Of a stretch of DNA of 64,000 nt, positions 59,355 through 64,000 are shown one piece after another. The DNA comes from the human T2T-CHM13v2.0 reference genome, Homo sapiens: NCBI RefSeq assembly GCF_009914755.1, contig NC_060929.1, one strand, 5' to 3'. The translations under genes and the position numbers were made by a program. Within the stretch, counting starts at the first letter, position 1. Every line of letters starts with the position of its first letter. The notes beneath the pieces are model-generated. The model had not been told where the DNA came from, made no database searches, and was given only the letters and a program-made list of their open reading frames with translations.

Positions 59355-59650
59355 AAGGCACAAGAATGATATAGTGGAATTCTGGCCTCCTGGAAAGGTG
59401 AGAGGTGGGTGAAGGATAAAAGACTGCACATTGGGTACAGTATACACTCCTCAGGCGACGGATGCACCAAAATATCAGAAATCACTGCTAAAGAGCTTGT
59501 CCATGTAACCAAACACCATGTGTTCCCCCAGAAACCTATCTAAAAAATGTTTTCCCAGCCTGGGCGACAGAGCAAGACTCTGTCTCAAAAAAAAAAAAAA
59601 AGTTTTTTAATGTAAGAAAATAAAAATAAAAGTGTAACTCAAAAAAAAAA
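59355..59650 (+). mobile_element. L1P 3' end containing a ~45-nt 5'-truncated Alu tail (59554-59601)
   Basis: ggatgcaccaaaatatcagaaatcactgctaaaga L1 3'UTR; cccagcctgggcgacagagcaagactctgtctc(A)n. Confidence 0.75.
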
Positions 59651-60417
59651 GATGTTCCAGGGTGAGTCAGACACCAGTCCACAGCATTCCCCCCTTCACC
59701 ACACAAGACACATAACTCCCCAAATGGTCCCCCAGTGAATCCTCTAGTGTAAAGGGCTGGGGAAGTATTTCAGAAAAAAAGAGTTCTCTCTGAAGAAATC
59801 CTCCTCTAATCTCTAATATTAGGCCTGTTAACACCTTCTACATGGGTGAGTTTCAAAGTCACAAAACAGGTTTTCTCTTACTTCCTTTTTTGCATTTTGG
59901 CATGGTACACTCTGGTAGCAGGGGTCTGGTACTTCACTTTAAATTGTATCTATATTGTTTTTAGGCCTTAGCCAACACTTCTATTTTTAACATTCTGCTA
60001 CCTGAATATTTCAATCACATCTCAAGTTCTTGATGTTTCCGGACATTCATTTTTGACAATAAGGTCATGGCTTTCAACAGCAATAAGTAAATTTAAGATA
60101 CTACGTGTTTCATTTTAATCTTTCAAAGTAATAATTAGCTCTATTTAAAAATTAATCTTCTCAAATACTTAAAAAACCCTTAAAAAAACACAAGCAACTG
60201 TGCACTATGTACAATATGACTATAAATACATAATCTATACATGGGGAAAAGAAGACTTAAAAAAAAAAAACCACTAAACAATGGGTATATGTGGGAAAAG
60301 TCCCCATGAATCACTTTTGAGAATTCCGTTTTAAAAAAAAATGAGTATGCATGAATTTTATAAGTTAGTAAGACTGGTCGGTTCCTACCTACACTTTAAT
60401 TCTTTTATAATACTTAC

Positions 60418-60509
60418 CTATTAAGGCTGTGGTAAACCGATTCATAGAGAGAGGTTCTAAATACATTGGTCCCTCATAGGCAAACTCCAGTTCACTCCGA
60501 ACATAGTCC
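60418..60509 (-). CDS. RNF145: RNF145 coding exon (92 nt; probably exon 4)
   Basis: AG at 60511-60510, GTAAGT donor at 60417; encodes DYVRSELEFAYEGPMYLEPLSMNRFTTALI(G); phase joins the next exon. Exon numbering is from memory. Confidence 0.93.
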
Positions 60510-61720
60510 CTAAATAAGAAAATTGATTAGAATGTATATATTAGATACATTCCTAGCGGAATCACAATATGCTTATAAAAGCATATTATGTTAATGATAC
60601 CCCTTTCCATATCTAAGGAAAAATTTAGATATGAAGAATTATATATAAATGGCCTTCATCTCTGTTTTCTGTGCACTAGAAACAGACACAACTTATTGAA
60701 ATGGAATTTTACCATACAGAGAAAGCTGCCAAAGCTCCACATTATGAAATTTTCTTTCTTTTCATGGCCTTATTAAATATTTTATGCCCAGTAAAAACCC
60801 AATTGAGAGCTGATCTCTCTCAACTCTACTACACTAACCAATCACATCTAGTGATATTACACTAAACATCTCTTTTGGCTATCTTCCACCACCATCACCC
60901 CACCCTCATCTTATTTCCCTCAAAGTTTTGGCCCCGATTATATTTTATTAGTCCCAAGTAGAACCACAAACTAGTTAGAAAACTGGGGGATAGGAGTACA
61001 ACCCTTAAAAATTATCATTTTCAACTCTATATGAAATCTAAGATAATTATAATATTTAAGTAGGCTACATATTTACTTTGAAGCAAATTTTACATCAAAC
61101 AAAATATTCCTTTTAAAATTTAACTCATTTAACGTGTGACTACTGAGAAATAGTAAGCTTTAAGTAATAACCAGAGCCTTTACACACTCAGAAAACAGGC
61201 AGGAAGCACAACCAGGGAGAATTTAGTTTATTATCAGTAAGTTACATGGGAGTACTGGAAGACAGTTTGTCTAAAGTATTTTTGGCATCAAAGAAGGGAA
61301 GTTTGTGTAAAAAAATTCTTCCCTTTTTTTCAACTTTTAATGCTTTATTCATTGTATTTAAAAGAGAACATTTCAAGTATTTCCAAACAAACTCATATGG
61401 CTGTATTTACTTTTTCCATGAAATGACTTCCCATTAGGCAATCAAGTGGAATTCCTTTAGCACTGCATAGCCAAACAAGGAAAGACCCTCACACAATCAG
61501 CCGGAAGGGTATTTGCAAAAAAGAATCAAAACTTAAAACTAAAAATTGTTAAAAGAATTAAAACAGTTTCTGAGATTATAAAAATGCATGACTAAGTTAT
61601 ATGGGTGATCTAGCAATTCTCCTTTATCACTCTTAGATGATGGTTTCTAACACATAATGTATTAATTGTCTCTTTCTACTGAAAGAGGAAGCCAAATTCT
61701 CAGGAAGAATTATTGTAATG

Positions 61721-61935
61721 CAGTGGTTGTCAACCAAGGGGCAATTTTGCTCCTGAGGGGATATTCTACAACCTCTGGAAACATTTTTGGTTGTCACAAT
61801 TGGGGAGAGGTATTACTAGCACCTAGTGTGTAAAGGCCAAAGATGCTGCTAAATATTCCTCAATGCAAAGGCTAGCCCCTAGAACAAAAAATCATCCAGT
61901 CCAAAATGTCAACTGTGCAATATTGAGTAACCCTG
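61721..61935 (+). mobile_element. MER20 (hAT-Charlie)
   Basis: cagtggttgtcaacc...catttttggttgtcacaattgggg...tgagtaaccctg. Confidence 0.85.
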
Positions 61936-62224
61936 TTTTCATGTAGAAAGACACAAATGCAAATAACACATAAATATCTGATTACTATAGGTAACCATCA
62001 ATGGAATTATATAGTTAGAAAACTAAAAAATTAAAAGAATTATGAAATTAGAACAAAATGCATATATAAATAGTATTAATACAAAGTATTTTAAAATGCT
62101 ATTTGAAAAATAAATTTATACCTAAAAGAGATACAACTCTGAGTGTCAGTACTATCCAGACCTTTAAAGCCCAATAATTTCTTTTTGGTCATAGCATATC
62201 TCTCTCCAATGGATACAGTTTAAA

Positions 62225-62452
62225 CAGGGGCCAGGAAAAATCCATACAGACAAAACACAGATTGGTGGTTGCCAGGGGCTGGGGAGAAGGGGAGATGAGA
62301 GTAATGGCTTAATGAGTACTGAGTTTTGTTTTGGGTGACAAAAATGTTTTAGAATTAGATAAAGGTGACAGCTGCACAACATTATGAATGTACTATATGC
62401 CACTGAACTGCTCACTTTAAAATGATTAATTTTATGTTATACGAATTTTACA
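62225..62452 (+). mobile_element. L1MB/MC-like 3'UTR fragment
   Basis: gattggtggttgccaggggctgggg...tgaatgtactatatgccactgaactg motif typical of L1M 3' ends. Confidence 0.7.
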
Positions 62453-64000
62453 TTAGAAAAGGGAGAGAGGTCAGCTCCAAGAGCACTATCCCCAAGGAGA
62501 AAGCCACAAAGTGCCCCAGAAGGGCCTCAGTCCCAAGTGTCTCTTTGTGAGGGACAAGAAAAGACAGAAGAATTGAGGTCCCTACCATGTTTTCTTTCCA
62601 CTGTTTGGTTTTGTCACATATTATTGATATTTTATAATAAAGCTCAGCAAACTAAACATTATGCTAGAATTTGATTGCTGAGACATTTGTTAATTGTTCT
62701 GCATTTTTTCATAGCCTACGTTAGTTTATCCTCTTTTTAAAAACTTTGTCTTTCTTTAGAGTTTCTTACCTTAAATTCTAATTTCACACAACAAAATTTC
62801 TAGGGATAACTAACATTCTCTGTTGCTTTTTAACTCAAAAAGAAATTACTGAATACATAAGTGCTGGCACTCTGCTAGACTCTGCTAATACTGCACATTC
62901 CATACTAGCACGCAACTTATAAACAGGGAGGGGAGATAAATACTTAGTCCTATAATTATTTAATTATGATGATGATCAGTGCTGTAAGAAAAAATACAGA
63001 ATGCTGTGAGGATTTTAACGTCTTTTTTATTGATACATAAAAAGATTTTAAATTCACAGCATATTTAAAAACTACATCTTTTATTCTCTATTTCTAGGTT
63101 CTAACTTTTTCATTTAACTAATAATATTTCTATCTGCCTTTTACTTTTTTATCTTAAATACTACTTATTTTACTTCTCCTATTTCATATGGTTATTATAA
63201 AAGGTTTTAACTATTTCCTTTTCTTTTATCCAACCCTATATTTCATTCCTTTTTTAAGCCTTCTCTTAACTTTGTAATCCTTTCCATTATTTTCTTTTTA
63301 ATTATTTTTGCTTTCTCTATACTCATTACTTTGCGATTTGCTGTGATTATAGGACCCTAAGGGAGGTCTGCATTCCAGAAGAATAAATAATCAACCTTTA
63401 GGCCACAATGACAGCCCTGATGTTAAGTGGTTTCCTCCCACTCGCTCTCCTTACTTTGTCCTCCTCTAGGATCCCAGGATTAGCTCTCCAATACTGTACT
63501 GCCCCCCACATTCCTGTTCAATTTAAGTCTGTATCATTCATCATAGCCTCAAAATTAGTATCATCCCTAGGCCCCTTAGAACGTTTCCCCTTTGCTCGAT
63601 TCCTCTCTTTCAATACAGTCCTCCAAAATCCTCCATTTGGCTGACTCACCAAAAAGCCCCACCTCAGTAAAAACAGCCAGGCCTAGAAAGCCTGCAGACT
63701 CTCTCTTTAGGCCAGCTCAGCTTAGCATGCCAGAGTCAAGGCAGTAGTTTTGGTGACAGCTAAACTACCTAGTATGCCACACAACCACTATGGAGCTGTC
63801 ACTTCTAAAAGGAGGATCTGGGCATCCCATCCCAAACTGTAGAGAATAACTGAAATAAGAATCAGGGTTAACAAAAATCTCTATATCTTACTTATGCACA
63901 AATTCCAGGTATCTCATGCTGGCATTGAGAATTCTTGGTAAATCAGTCCTAACAGGGATGGTCATTCACAACATAAGAAAAACAAGACAGTAAGCCTAAA

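Overview
Human (primate) genomic DNA. The right half holds the 3' part of RNF145, an ER-membrane sterol-responsive RING-H2 E3 ligase that I recall maps to 5q33.3. It lies on the minus strand as eight GT-AG coding exons (60509 to 37486) with consistent phases, a ~1.26-kb 3'UTR and an AATAAA at 36242-36247. The 5' exons are outside the window. The left half is intergenic and repeat-rich: a full-length but coding-dead L1PA6-like LINE-1 (18347-24497, 14-bp TSD), truncated L1PA7/L1PB/L1M copies, many Alus, and MER/Tigger/MLT/L2/MIR relics. I do not see a new multi-gene system. The most notable observations are: (1) the dead L1 keeps an open, extended antisense ORF0 with splice donors, a mutated YY1 site and the ancestral 5'UTR segment where ZNF93 binds; (2) a locally templated insertion flanked by a 56-bp duplication that doubles an AP-1 site; (3) a human-specific AluYb8 next to an RNF145 exon; (4) a consensus cryptic donor that would produce an NMD-escaping, RING-broken RNF145; (5) a divergent pair of CTCF motifs; (6) overlapping miR-17/19/130 seeds in the 3'UTR. 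Repeat subfamily names come from remembered consensus sequences, not a database search.
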